From Trichormus sp. ATA11-4-KO1 (GTDB lineage Bacteria; Cyanobacteriota; Cyanobacteriia; Cyanobacteriales; Nostocaceae): a stretch of 64,000 nt of DNA. A program made the translations under genes and the position numbers. Below are positions 28,408 to 38,002 of the stretch, one piece after another. A model generated the notes under the pieces. That model had not been told where the DNA came from, did not search any database, and saw only the letters and a list, made by a program, of their open reading frames with translations. The DNA is taken from assembly GCA_019358915.1 (NCBI GenBank), contig JAHHIM010000036.1, forward strand, positions 256,001 to 320,000, in the 5' to 3' direction. How positions within the stretch are numbered: position 1 is the first letter of the stretch; each line of letters begins with the position of its first letter.

Positions 28408-31299
28408 ATGATTGAACTTTGGGGTGCCCTAGTTATTTTAATTGCCTGCCCCGTCTTGGGCGCGTTACCAGTTATTGCTTGGATTACTTACGCCCTCAAA
28501 GGCAGGCAATTATCACAAATTGGCACTAAGAACGTCAGCGTTTCCGCAGCTTTTTATCACGGCGGTACATGGGTAGGACTTTTAGCAGTTTTGTCAGAAG
28601 CCCTTAAAGGTATTGCCGCAGTTTTACTGTCGCGTGTATTTTTTCCTGAGGGATCGCCTTGGGAATTAGTTGCTCTCATTGCCCTAATATTAGGTAGATA
28701 TGGCATGGGCAGAGGAGCGGGTACCACAAATGTGGTCTGGGGGTTTTTCGTACACGATCCCCTAGTGGCAGTATTTACCAGTTTGTTGGCAATTATCAGT
28801 TTTACGGTTCTACGATCTAGACAACTAGTAAAATTTGGCGTTTTGTTTGTATTTCCCTTGTTTGTCATCCTCTTAAACTCTGACAATTTCCCCAAAATCA
28901 TGGCGGCTATTGTCTTAGCTGGGGTATTGGGGTGGATTTATACAAAAATACCCGATGATCTGAATTTGCCAGCCCCAGAGGCTGATACAGATTCACAAGC
29001 AACATTTACATATTTACGCGGCGATCGCCCGATTCTTTCTTTAGATGATGAGTTGGATGCGGCCGTAGTCGGGCAAAAAGCAGCTACGTTATCTCAAATT
29101 AAGCGATGGGGTTACTCCGTGCCGAAGGGATGGGTGATTTCCCCAGTTGATGATCCCGAAGAGTTAATTGCTATTCTTCAGCCTTCTGATTTATCTCCTT
29201 TAGTAGTACGTTCTTCCGCTATTGGGGAAGACTCAGAACAAGCTTCCGCAGCTGGACAGTACGAAACAATTCTGAACGTTACCAGCAAACAAGAATTACA
29301 AACCGCGATCGCTCAAGTTCAAGCTTCCTATGATCATCCCTCTGCTGTGCAGTATCGCCGCGATCGCGGTTTACCAGATACCGCCATGGCAGTACTAGTA
29401 CAACAACAAGTCCAGAGTGTGTATTCTGGGGTGGCTTTTAGCCGCGATCCCATCACCCAGCAAGGCGATGCTATTGTGATTGAGGCTTTACCAGGTAGCC
29501 CGACGCAAGTTGTATCTGGCAAAGTCACACCAGAACAATATCGCGCTTTTGTTGTGGAGACAGAAAATATTGCCTCTGTCCAATTAGAGGGAGAGGGACA
29601 AGTACCACCAGCATTAATCAAACAAGTAGCGTATTTAGTCCGGCGATTAGAAAAACAGTATCACGGTCTGCCCCAAGATATTGAGTGGAGTTATGACAGT
29701 CAAACTCTTTGGATTTTGCAATCTAGACCAATTACTACCCTATTACCCATCTGGACAAGGAAAATTGCCGCCGAGGTGATCCCCGGTGTAATTCACCCTT
29801 TAACTTGGTCGATTAATCGCCCTTTAACTTGCGGAGTTTGGGGAGATATTTTTACTTTAGTCCTAGGCGATCGCGCCCTGGGGTTAGATTTTACAGAAAC
29901 TGCAACACTGCATTATTCTCAAGCCTATTTTAATGCTTCTCTCTTAGGGCAGATTTTCCTGCGGATGGGTTTACCACCGGAAAGTCTGGAATTTTTGACG
30001 AGAGGAGCTAAAATGAGCAAACCGCCTTTAAAGTCTACTTGGGAGAATCTACCAGGACTGTTAAGGCTATTGAGGCAGGAACTAAGTTTAGAAAAAGACT
30101 TTAAGCGGGACTACAGTAGCCTATTTATTCCCGGATTATCACAATTGGCTCATGAGTCCATAGATAACTTGCAACCACCCCAGCTATTAGAAAGAATAGA
30201 CTTTATTCTGGAATTGCTACGCAGAGGAACTTACTACAGTATTTTAGCTCCCTTGAGTGCAGCCCTCAGACAGGCAGTTTTCCGGGTAAAAGATGGGCAA
30301 ATTGATAACAGTTTTGCCCCAGAAGTAGCAGCATTGCGATCGCTAAGTGCTTTAGCCGCAGATGCCAAACAAGTATTACCTGAGTTTGAGCCGGATAAAA
30401 TATTTGAGCAATTAGCACAAACTCCAGAAGGAGAGAAAATTCTCGACGAATTTGATGAATTGTTAGAAGATTACGGCTATTTAAGTGATGTAGGAACCAA
30501 CATTGCCATTCCCACCTGGAAGGAAGATCCCCGTCCCATCAAGCAGTTGTTTGTGCAGTTGATGAGAAATGAAGCAGAGACGGGTGGCGTAGACTCCATA
30601 AATCGCGTCTTATCAATCAAACGCCAACGCGGGATAGTGCAGCGACGAGTAGATATTAAGGGAAGAGTCACCGAAATTTATTCTCGGCTATTAGCGGAAT
30701 TACGGTGGAGATTTGTCGCTTTAGAGCAGATTTGGTTAAAATCCGGCTTACTTAGGGAAACTGGAGATATCTTTTTTCTGGAGTTGGATGAAATACGACG
30801 TTTAATTGCGGGTGATGATGTTGAATTGAGCGATCGCTTATGTGAAATCATCAAATCTAGGCGATCGCAATTCGTCCAAGATAGTCAATTCAACCAAGTC
30901 CCGGTTTTAGTCTACGGCAATACACCACCCCATCCCCTGGCGCCATCAGCCATCTACTCTGACCAAATACTACAAGGTATTGCTGCTAGTCACGGGCAAG
31001 CCGAAGGACGGGTAAAGGTAGTCAGAAATTTACAAGATTTGCCCGAAATAGATAAAGAGACAATATTGGTAGTACCTTACACTGATTCTGGCTGGTCGCC
31101 TCTGTTAGTCAGGGCTGGAGGCTTAATTGCCGAGGCTGGCGGCAGACTTTCTCACGGTGCGATCGTGGCTCGTGAGTACGGAATTCCCGCAATCATGGAT
31201 GTTCGTGGCGCTACATGGATATTACAAGATGGTCAACGAGTACGGATTGATGGCTCTAGGGGGATTGTGGAATTATCAAATGATTTGAGACCAGAATAA
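28408..31299 (+). CDS. PlsY-like acyltransferase domain fused to PEP-synthase/PPDK-like ATP-grasp and phospho-His domains
   Basis: N-terminal TM region with GTKNVSVS, SEALKG, GRGAG; VVRSSAIGEDS...AGQYET, DIEW...LQSRPITT; C-terminal GGRLSHGAIVAREYGIP. Confidence 0.85.
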   Translation: MIELWGALVILIACPVLGALPVIAWITYALKGRQLSQIGTKNVSVSAAFYHGGTWVGLLAVLSEALKGIAAVLLSRVFFPEGSPWELVALIALILGRYGMGRGAGTTNVVWGFFVHDPLVAVFTSLLAIISFTVLRSRQLVKFGVLFVFPLFVILLNSDNFPKIMAAIVLAGVLGWIYTKIPDDLNLPAPEADTDSQATFTYLRGDRPILSLDDELDAAVVGQKAATLSQIKRWGYSVPKGWVISPVDDPEELIAILQPSDLSPLVVRSSAIGEDSEQASAAGQYETILNVTSKQELQTAIAQVQASYDHPSAVQYRRDRGLPDTAMAVLVQQQVQSVYSGVAFSRDPITQQGDAIVIEALPGSPTQVVSGKVTPEQYRAFVVETENIASVQLEGEGQVPPALIKQVAYLVRRLEKQYHGLPQDIEWSYDSQTLWILQSRPITTLLPIWTRKIAAEVIPGVIHPLTWSINRPLTCGVWGDIFTLVLGDRALGLDFTETATLHYSQAYFNASLLGQIFLRMGLPPESLEFLTRGAKMSKPPLKSTWENLPGLLRLLRQELSLEKDFKRDYSSLFIPGLSQLAHESIDNLQPPQLLERIDFILELLRRGTYYSILAPLSAALRQAVFRVKDGQIDNSFAPEVAALRSLSALAADAKQVLPEFEPDKIFEQLAQTPEGEKILDEFDELLEDYGYLSDVGTNIAIPTWKEDPRPIKQLFVQLMRNEAETGGVDSINRVLSIKRQRGIVQRRVDIKGRVTEIYSRLLAELRWRFVALEQIWLKSGLLRETGDIFFLELDEIRRLIAGDDVELSDRLCEIIKSRRSQFVQDSQFNQVPVLVYGNTPPHPLAPSAIYSDQILQGIAASHGQAEGRVKVVRNLQDLPEIDKETILVVPYTDSGWSPLLVRAGGLIAEAGGRLSHGAIVAREYGIPAIMDVRGATWILQDGQRVRIDGSRGIVELSNDLRPE

Positions 31300-31317
31300 T
31301 TAGCACTCAGCACTTTG

Positions 31318-32766
31318 CTATACCTGCGAAATATTGGTGGGTTGTGTTCTTGTTTTTAGAGGTAAGCAAATCGTAAAAGTTGCCCCCTGATTGACTGTGC
31401 TGTTGGCTGTAATGCTACCATTGTGGGCTTCTAAAATCCGCTTGGCGATCGCTAACCCCAGACCATTGCTACTGCCTTTGCGGGAAGGACTTGTCGTATA
31501 AAATTGCTCAAAAATGCGGGGTAAATCATTCTCAGTAATACCCGGTCCCTGGTCTTGAATTTTCACAACTGCTAGTTTACCGTCGTTGTACCCAGAAATA
31601 AAAACTTGAGAACCGGGTACTGAGTATTTAATAGCATTGTCTAGCACATTTAAAATAGCTTGTAATAGCCGTTCTGGATCACCTTGTATCAGTAGATCAA
31701 GCACATTGATCCGCGTTGATACACCTTGAGTTTGCATTCGGGGTTCCACTGCATTAACAGCACGGTTAATTAGACCACGCAGTGAAATAGTTTGTTGTTC
31801 GAGTTGAGTGACTCCTGCTTCCAAGCGTCCTAGATCGAGCAGGTCATGAATCAGTCGTGATAAGCGTTTGATTTCGTTCTCGATAGTTTGGAAGAAGCGA
31901 TCGCGCAACTGAGGTTCTTCATATGCTCCACTTTTGAGCGCATCTACCGTTACTTGAACATTGCTGATAGGTGTGCGTAGTTCGTGAGAGACATTTGCGA
32001 GAAACACCCGACGCTCTTGATCTAGCGAAGCCAATCGCTCACTCATGCGGTTTAGCTCCGCCGCCAACTGATCTAACTCATTGTTTTCACGGATATCAAG
32101 TTTATCGCCAAAATGACCACTGCCCAAACGAATCGCAAAGTTACGCATGGTTTCAATCGGTTTTGACAGCCGGCGAGCAAAATGAGTACTGATCAGCGCA
32201 CATAGTAAGATTGTCAGCGATAGCGTCCCCAAAACACTCCAAATTACTCTAGTGAATTGATACTGGAGCTGATCTAGAGTGATAGACATTCGCAGTACAC
32301 CCAGTAGTTGACCGTTCCTCACAATTGGTCTAGCGACATAAAGGCGATCTTCGGTTGATAAAACTCCTTTTGCCACACCTTGTTGCGGTCGATTTTGCAG
32401 AGCTTCCCGCATACCAGGAACGTTGTACCAGTCTGTAACTTCTTGATCTCGCTGTGGATCAGAAGTGGCTAGCAGACGACCTTGTTGATTAAAAATGCGT
32501 AGCGTCACATTTTGTGGCGCACCATAACGCTGCACCAGTACTTCTACCTGCTGAAGATTTTTTTGTGCTAAAGCATCTGCTGCACTCTGGCTCAACCCAC
32601 TTGCCCAGTTTTTCAAATCCGTCTGTCGTGTTTCCATGAAGTAGGCATGGAATGACCACAAAATGTAGCCTGCCATTAAGGATGTCCCCAAGGTTGTCAG
32701 TAGCAGGTATGTGGCTAACAGTTTGGTATGAATGGAATTCAATTTTATACCAGGCAACCAGTCCAT
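31318..32766 (-). CDS. Membrane HAMP sensor histidine kinase
   Basis: Two TM helices, HAMP, SHELRTP, NVLDNAIKYS, DQGPGI, GLGL. Confidence 0.93.
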   Translation of the reverse strand: MDWLPGIKLNSIHTKLLATYLLLTTLGTSLMAGYILWSFHAYFMETRQTDLKNWASGLSQSAADALAQKNLQQVEVLVQRYGAPQNVTLRIFNQQGRLLATSDPQRDQEVTDWYNVPGMREALQNRPQQGVAKGVLSTEDRLYVARPIVRNGQLLGVLRMSITLDQLQYQFTRVIWSVLGTLSLTILLCALISTHFARRLSKPIETMRNFAIRLGSGHFGDKLDIRENNELDQLAAELNRMSERLASLDQERRVFLANVSHELRTPISNVQVTVDALKSGAYEEPQLRDRFFQTIENEIKRLSRLIHDLLDLGRLEAGVTQLEQQTISLRGLINRAVNAVEPRMQTQGVSTRINVLDLLIQGDPERLLQAILNVLDNAIKYSVPGSQVFISGYNDGKLAVVKIQDQGPGITENDLPRIFEQFYTTSPSRKGSSNGLGLAIAKRILEAHNGSITANSTVNQGATFTICLPLKTRTQPTNISQV

Positions 32767-32775
32767 AATTTCAGA

Positions 32776-33144
32776 CTAATCCCCAGAACGACGGCGCAAC
32801 ACTGCTTTTATGCGTGCCAGCAGTTCACGGGTGTTGAAAGGCTTGGTAACATAATCATCGGCTCCTGCTTCCAAGCCCCAAATTTTATCAATATCCTGAT
32901 CTTTGGCTGTTAGCATGACGATGGGAATATCCGAAAATGCCCGGATTCGCCAACAGACTTCCATACCACTAACCTCCGGCAACATGAGGTCGAGCAAAAT
33001 TACATTTGGGACTTCTTTGTGGAACTGTTTGATGGCACTATGCCCATCTGCTGCTGTTGTTACTGTATAACCTTCTTTTTGCAGCGTGTAGGTCAGGCTT
33101 TCTCGTAGGGGTGCTTCATCATCCACCAGTAAGATGTGCGGCAT
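32776..33144 (-). CDS. Single-domain response regulator (OmpR-like receiver, no DNA-binding domain)
   Basis: LVDDE, LDLMLP, LTAK, GADDYVTKPF; stops after LRRRSGD. Confidence 0.88.
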   Translation of the reverse strand: MPHILLVDDEAPLRESLTYTLQKEGYTVTTAADGHSAIKQFHKEVPNVILLDLMLPEVSGMEVCWRIRAFSDIPIVMLTAKDQDIDKIWGLEAGADDYVTKPFNTRELLARIKAVLRRRSGD

Positions 33145-33261
33145 GTTACATCAGATTAACTTCTAGCTTTAGCCTGTCAAGGAGTTGCTTTTCTGGCATC
33201 CATCTCAGGTTATAAAGACAAAATGAGATGTGCTAATTGGTTGCTTGCTTGAGCTTGAAAG

Positions 33262-33772
33262 GAACGCGGATGAACGCTGATTAACGCAGATGGGTTTAAA
33301 AATTACGGACAACACGCTTTATTTCTACCTTGGGATTACCAAAATTAATTAATAGACATAGAGTAAGTCCAGTTGCTTTAAGATAGTTCATACATTGGGC
33401 AAAATGCCTATTATCTAGTGCTGTTACTGCTTTTAACTCCACAATAATAGCTTCCTCCACCAACAAATCAGCCCTGTAGTTGCCCACAACTATACCGTCA
33501 TACCAAACTTCTAGCATTTTTTGTTGCTCAACCAACAAAGTAGATTTCCGTAACTCATACACTAGCGCATTTTCATAAACCGCCTCCAAAAAACCAACCC
33601 CCAAAGTATTACCCACCTTAAAAGCACACCCAATAACCTTCTCCGTAATCCTATTCAACTCCAATCTGCGTCCATCCGCGTTCATCTGCGTTCCCCCCAA
33701 TAAAAACAAAAACAGCAAATGTACGCAACCAAACACCAAATTATCCGCGTACATCTGCGTACATCTGCGTTC
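33262..33772. repeat. Three triple-decamer blocks bracketing the GxxExxY gene
   Basis: GAACGCGGAT-GAACGCTGAT-TAACGCAGAT (33262-33291), inverted relative to ATCTGCGTCC-ATCCGCGTTC-ATCTGCGTTC (33664-33693) and ATCCGCGTAC-ATCTGCGTAC-ATCTGCGTTC (33743-33772). Confidence 0.88.
33296..33685 (-). CDS. GxxExxY protein (PD-(D/E)xK nuclease superfamily)
   Basis: LGVGFLEAVYE, RADLLVE, IVELKA, LLINFG; ATG lies inside a repeat block. Confidence 0.9.
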   Translation of the reverse strand: MNADGRRLELNRITEKVIGCAFKVGNTLGVGFLEAVYENALVYELRKSTLLVEQQKMLEVWYDGIVVGNYRADLLVEEAIIVELKAVTALDNRHFAQCMNYLKATGLTLCLLINFGNPKVEIKRVVRNF

Positions 33773-33781
33773 TAAAAATCC

Positions 33782-35995
33782 TTAATGCACTAACTCAATA
33801 GCCCGCTTTGTCAACGCCTCCGCAGTCAACCCATTAAACGCCATCAACTCACCTGCACTCGCTGTAGTTTCCCCACGCTTCCAGGCGAAAGTATCACGCT
33901 TGCAATTACTGCGTAACATAATTGGTTCCAGCATCGCGGCTGCACCACCAGTCACACCAATTAAGGCATTACCATCAAACAATTCGGCAAATTTGGCATC
34001 ATCCATAAACCCACCATCGGGTTCTGAACAAGTTTCCCAAGCAGTATCATCAGGACGATACAAACGGCGAGGATTAATAATAGAAATTATCTTCACACCA
34101 ATACCTTCAGTTTCTAAGAAAGCCGCCGCTTCAAATACTGGCATTAATGTCATATCACCTATGACTGCAAACACAACTTGTTGGTCACCAGGAACTTCAT
34201 GCAACAATACTGCACCATCTTTTAAGCCTTGATGTGTTTGTTTTAAAGTTGTGCGAATTGGTAACGGTGATTTACTCGCTGTAATTACAATTCCCTTATT
34301 CTTAGTTTTTAATGCCCAGTCATAACAAACTTGGATACTGTTAGCATCAGGGGGAAATAATGGGAATATATTTCCATTTCTCATCAATGAAGCAAAGTAA
34401 GCTTCAATTTCGGGGCGTTGGTGTGTCCAACCGTTGCGCCCTTGTTCTAACGCACCGGCTGTAAATAATGTGATTGTGGAGGGTGTTTGACGGCGTAATT
34501 CTGCCATTGCTTGGATGACTGTTTGCCAAATTGGTAAACCGTTGATAGCAAAAGATTCGTAAGAACACCATAAAGTTCTCGCACCCATTAAGGCTAAACC
34601 AGCTGCTAAGCCTGCACAAGCATCTTCACTTAAAGGTTCATAAACTTGTCCATTTGGTGCTTGGTTATATAAATCATCGACTGTGGGGTGAATAATTTTT
34701 AATGCTTGGTTGATGTTAGCAATTCCCGATGCTTCGTTACCGTCGGCGTTGGTGACTAAGAAGTTACTATCTTTTTTACCGACAATTCCCACTAATCTAC
34801 CCATTGCGGTTGTTGCAACTTTGGGATCTCCACCGACTGTATATTCTTCTAATGGTAATTCGCCTAATTCTGGTAGTGGTAATTCAAATTCTGTAACTAC
34901 TGTTTTGGCTGCTGGGCCTCCGCCTGCGCGTTCGGCGTTGGTGCGGACTAATTGCCAAGCTTCCACAGGTAAAGCACGTTCTTGTAATGCACTGATAATG
35001 TGGGGTGCATCCAATGTATCTTTGGGATACAAGTTGTGAGATTTAGAACCCCGTGCGTGAACTCCTGCACCTTTGAGTTGTTTAATAATGAATACGGTCA
35101 ACTGTCCATTTAAGGCTGAATGGGCGGCTTTATCCATACCCAAAAGTACAGCTTTGGTAAAGGCTAGGCGTTGCTCGAAGGAAAAGGCGGTATTATCAAC
35201 ATAATCTCCTGGTTGGTTTTGATCGTCAAAGTCTTTGGCATCTACCAACACGACTTCTGCAAAACCGTTTCCTTGCCAGTATGCTTGCATCTCTGCATTG
35301 GTTTTCAGGGAAACCATACTGTGATGTTCTTGGCTGTAACCATTCCACACCAGCACGGGTAAGAAGTTGGTGACACTGGGATAAGCAGTGTTGAAGTGTG
35401 CCATGGAACTCATAATATATGGTTCACCCAATCCACCATCGCCCACAGTAAAGGGGAATAATTTGTCTTGGTGTAACAAGGCGGCGGCCATGGCAAAGTG
35501 TTGTCCTTGTCCTAAGGGGCCGGCTGGTGCCAGAATACCGGGGATGTAACCAGAAAGGTGTCCTAAAAGTCCATGCTTTTCTCGGAAGCGATCGCGCAAT
35601 TGTTGGACTGTAAAAATTCCCATGTCTTCTAAGGAACGATCCAAAAACATGGCACTATAGAATCCAGGGGCATGGTGTCCCACTTCGGTAATGATATTCT
35701 TATGACCCAGCATGACCAATGCTGCATAAGCTTCTGCTTGACTGGCAAAACCGCCTGGGTGTCCAGAGGCTTTACTCCCAGTGACTTGCAACGTGAGGTA
35801 GCGGAGGGCATCGGCAGCAAGCAAGGTTTGATAGACTGCCACTGGATCTGTAGGATCTGCGATCGCTATTTTGCCAGACTCTATAGCAGGTGTTGCACCA
35901 TAAGTTTCAAAGCCTTGTAGCGCTTCACTAAAATATTGAATTCCTTCACAAAAATTAGGAAGCGCTGAAGATGCTTTTGATGTCATTACTGTCAT
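33782..35995 (-). CDS. ThDP-dependent phosphoketolase/transketolase-like enzyme
   Basis: SGHPGG, GHHAPG, GDGGLGE...WNG ThDP motif, LSED, SYESF, NGWTHQRP; start moved to ATG 35995. Confidence 0.8.
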   Translation of the reverse strand: MTVMTSKASSALPNFCEGIQYFSEALQGFETYGATPAIESGKIAIADPTDPVAVYQTLLAADALRYLTLQVTGSKASGHPGGFASQAEAYAALVMLGHKNIITEVGHHAPGFYSAMFLDRSLEDMGIFTVQQLRDRFREKHGLLGHLSGYIPGILAPAGPLGQGQHFAMAAALLHQDKLFPFTVGDGGLGEPYIMSSMAHFNTAYPSVTNFLPVLVWNGYSQEHHSMVSLKTNAEMQAYWQGNGFAEVVLVDAKDFDDQNQPGDYVDNTAFSFEQRLAFTKAVLLGMDKAAHSALNGQLTVFIIKQLKGAGVHARGSKSHNLYPKDTLDAPHIISALQERALPVEAWQLVRTNAERAGGGPAAKTVVTEFELPLPELGELPLEEYTVGGDPKVATTAMGRLVGIVGKKDSNFLVTNADGNEASGIANINQALKIIHPTVDDLYNQAPNGQVYEPLSEDACAGLAAGLALMGARTLWCSYESFAINGLPIWQTVIQAMAELRRQTPSTITLFTAGALEQGRNGWTHQRPEIEAYFASLMRNGNIFPLFPPDANSIQVCYDWALKTKNKGIVITASKSPLPIRTTLKQTHQGLKDGAVLLHEVPGDQQVVFAVIGDMTLMPVFEAAAFLETEGIGVKIISIINPRRLYRPDDTAWETCSEPDGGFMDDAKFAELFDGNALIGVTGGAAAMLEPIMLRSNCKRDTFAWKRGETTASAGELMAFNGLTAEALTKRAIELVH

Positions 35996-36166
35996 GCTGA
36001 GTACCTTATAAAAAGAGAGCAAACTGTAGATGCTTGATGAATTTAACAAAAATTTTACATCTTTAAGGTTGTCAAGGTTTATTGCTTTTTCACAAGGTTA
36101 GGATAAGTAGTTTAAATAGCTGATATCTTGTAGCCGCCCCATATATCACCCAGAAATTGATTATTA

Positions 36167-36196
36167 GCCTGATGTTTCTCACATCAGGCAGTTTTT
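36167..36196 (+). terminator. Orphan Rho-independent terminator-like hairpin
   Basis: GCCTGATGT-TTCTC-ACATCAGGC followed by AGTTTTT. Confidence 0.55.
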
Positions 36197-36403
36197 GCTA
36201 CTGGTGCCAGATATAACTAGTTACGTTCTGGGGAATGCCCATTTTACAGCTATTGAAAATGGTGTTGTTGTCTGTCCCTGCGCCATAGGGGTTTGTTTTT
36301 GCCAGATAGCTTTTTCGCTAAATCCTTCTGAGGATTCATGTAAAAGATGATGAATCTCAGAAAAATGAACATTAATTCTTAGCGATCAGCTATCAAATTA
36401 ATC

Positions 36404-37756
36404 ATGAAATTACCTAATGAACTATGCACCCCAGCATGGCTACAAACTCTGCAATTAATTGCTCAACCTACAAAATTTTTAGAAACTTGTGCTGCTAAAT
36501 ATGGTGATATATTTACAGTGCGAGTATTAGGTTTTAACTCACCACCGCTAGTATTTTTTAGTCATCCCCAGGCGATTAGTGATTGTTTTGCCATACCTGC
36601 CAAACAATTGGATTTTCAGCAGGCAACTCATGTATTTAAACCCTTATTTGGCGAAAATTCAATTGTATTTCAAGACGAGCGATCGCATAATCGTCAACGA
36701 CAGTTATTAATGCCACATTTTCATGGCGATCGCCTGAAAAATTACGGAGAAGTGATTTGTGAAATTACTAAGAATACAACAAAAAATTGGCTAACTGGTA
36801 CAAAAATTTCTATGCAGAAAATTATGCCCGATATTACTTTACAAATTATCTTACAGGTAGTATTTGGCATTAGTTCTGGTATTCGTTATCAGAGGCTCAA
36901 AAATTATCTCAGTTCTTTGTTAGAAGATATAACTAAACCGTGGTATTCCAGTTTGTTTTTTTTTACACCTCTGCAACAAGATTTGGGTGCATGGAGTCCT
37001 TGGGGAAATTTCCAAAGAAGGCGAGAACAAATTGATAATCTGATTTATGCAGAAATTTCCGAAAGACGTTGGCAAAATAATGCTGTACGTACAGATATTC
37101 TCAGTTTGCTGATGTCCGCACGTGACGAGAATGGACAGCAAATGACAGATAAAGAATTACGCGACCAATTAATTTCATTACTGCTTTTAGGTTACGAAAC
37201 AACAGCATCCGTCTTAACCTGGGCATTTTATTTAATTCATTCCCACCCAGATGTTAAAAATCAGCTAATGCAGGAATTAAATGTTTTGGGCGATACAACA
37301 AACCCAGAAGCAATAGCACGATTACCATACCTAAATGCTGTTTGTCAAGAAACACTAAGAATTTACCCCATTGCTTTAATTTGCACACCACGAATGGTCA
37401 AGGAAACAGTAGAAATTATCGGCAATAAATTTACATCAGGAACAGTTTTAGTTCCCTGTATTTATTTAGCCCATCGTCGCTTTGAAACTTACCCAGAACC
37501 CAAAAAATATCAACCAACAAGATTTATCCAGCAGAAATTTTCACCTTATGAATATTTACCCTTTGGTGGTGGTTATCGTGGTTGTATCGGTGCAGCCTTT
37601 TCTATGTACGAAATGAAACTAGTGTTAGCTACATTATTAACGCAGTTTCAATTAATATTGGCAGACAAATGTCCAGTCTATCCTGTACGTCGAGGTATTA
37701 CTATTGTTCCTAGTGGTGGTGTACCAATGATTGTTATCAAAAAAAATGCTGAGTAA
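36404..37756 (+). CDS. Cytochrome P450 (CYP110-like)
   Basis: I-helix LGYETT, ExxR (ETLR), heme motif PFGGGYRGCIG. Confidence 0.95.
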   Translation: MKLPNELCTPAWLQTLQLIAQPTKFLETCAAKYGDIFTVRVLGFNSPPLVFFSHPQAISDCFAIPAKQLDFQQATHVFKPLFGENSIVFQDERSHNRQRQLLMPHFHGDRLKNYGEVICEITKNTTKNWLTGTKISMQKIMPDITLQIILQVVFGISSGIRYQRLKNYLSSLLEDITKPWYSSLFFFTPLQQDLGAWSPWGNFQRRREQIDNLIYAEISERRWQNNAVRTDILSLLMSARDENGQQMTDKELRDQLISLLLLGYETTASVLTWAFYLIHSHPDVKNQLMQELNVLGDTTNPEAIARLPYLNAVCQETLRIYPIALICTPRMVKETVEIIGNKFTSGTVLVPCIYLAHRRFETYPEPKKYQPTRFIQQKFSPYEYLPFGGGYRGCIGAAFSMYEMKLVLATLLTQFQLILADKCPVYPVRRGITIVPSGGVPMIVIKKNAE

Positions 37757-37780
37757 TGAAGGAAGTACAAAAGTATCTAA

Positions 37781-37827
37781 AATCATTTAATCACGTCAAA
37801 GGGCAGCTTTGACGTGATTAAATGATT
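37781..37827. repeat. Perfect 21-bp inverted repeat after the P450 gene
   Basis: AATCATTTAATCACGTCAAAG-GGCAG-CTTTGACGTGATTAAATGATT. Confidence 0.9.
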
Positions 37828-38002
37828 CGACTTTATCAGCAATTCTACAAATTTGAAATAGCCAAGTAAAATTTCTCAGGCCAGCAAGGACTATGTATTT
37901 TGTTTTGATATACTCATATTTGCATATATCTTATTATAGATACGGTCTTGAGTGTCCAGAGTTTACATTAACCAGTAATAGGACTTATGAGAGTAAAATT
38001 TC

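Noticed and set aside
33262..33772. Decamer blocks as a mini-CRISPR
   Set aside because: Blocks are internally periodic and one is inverted; no regular unique spacers
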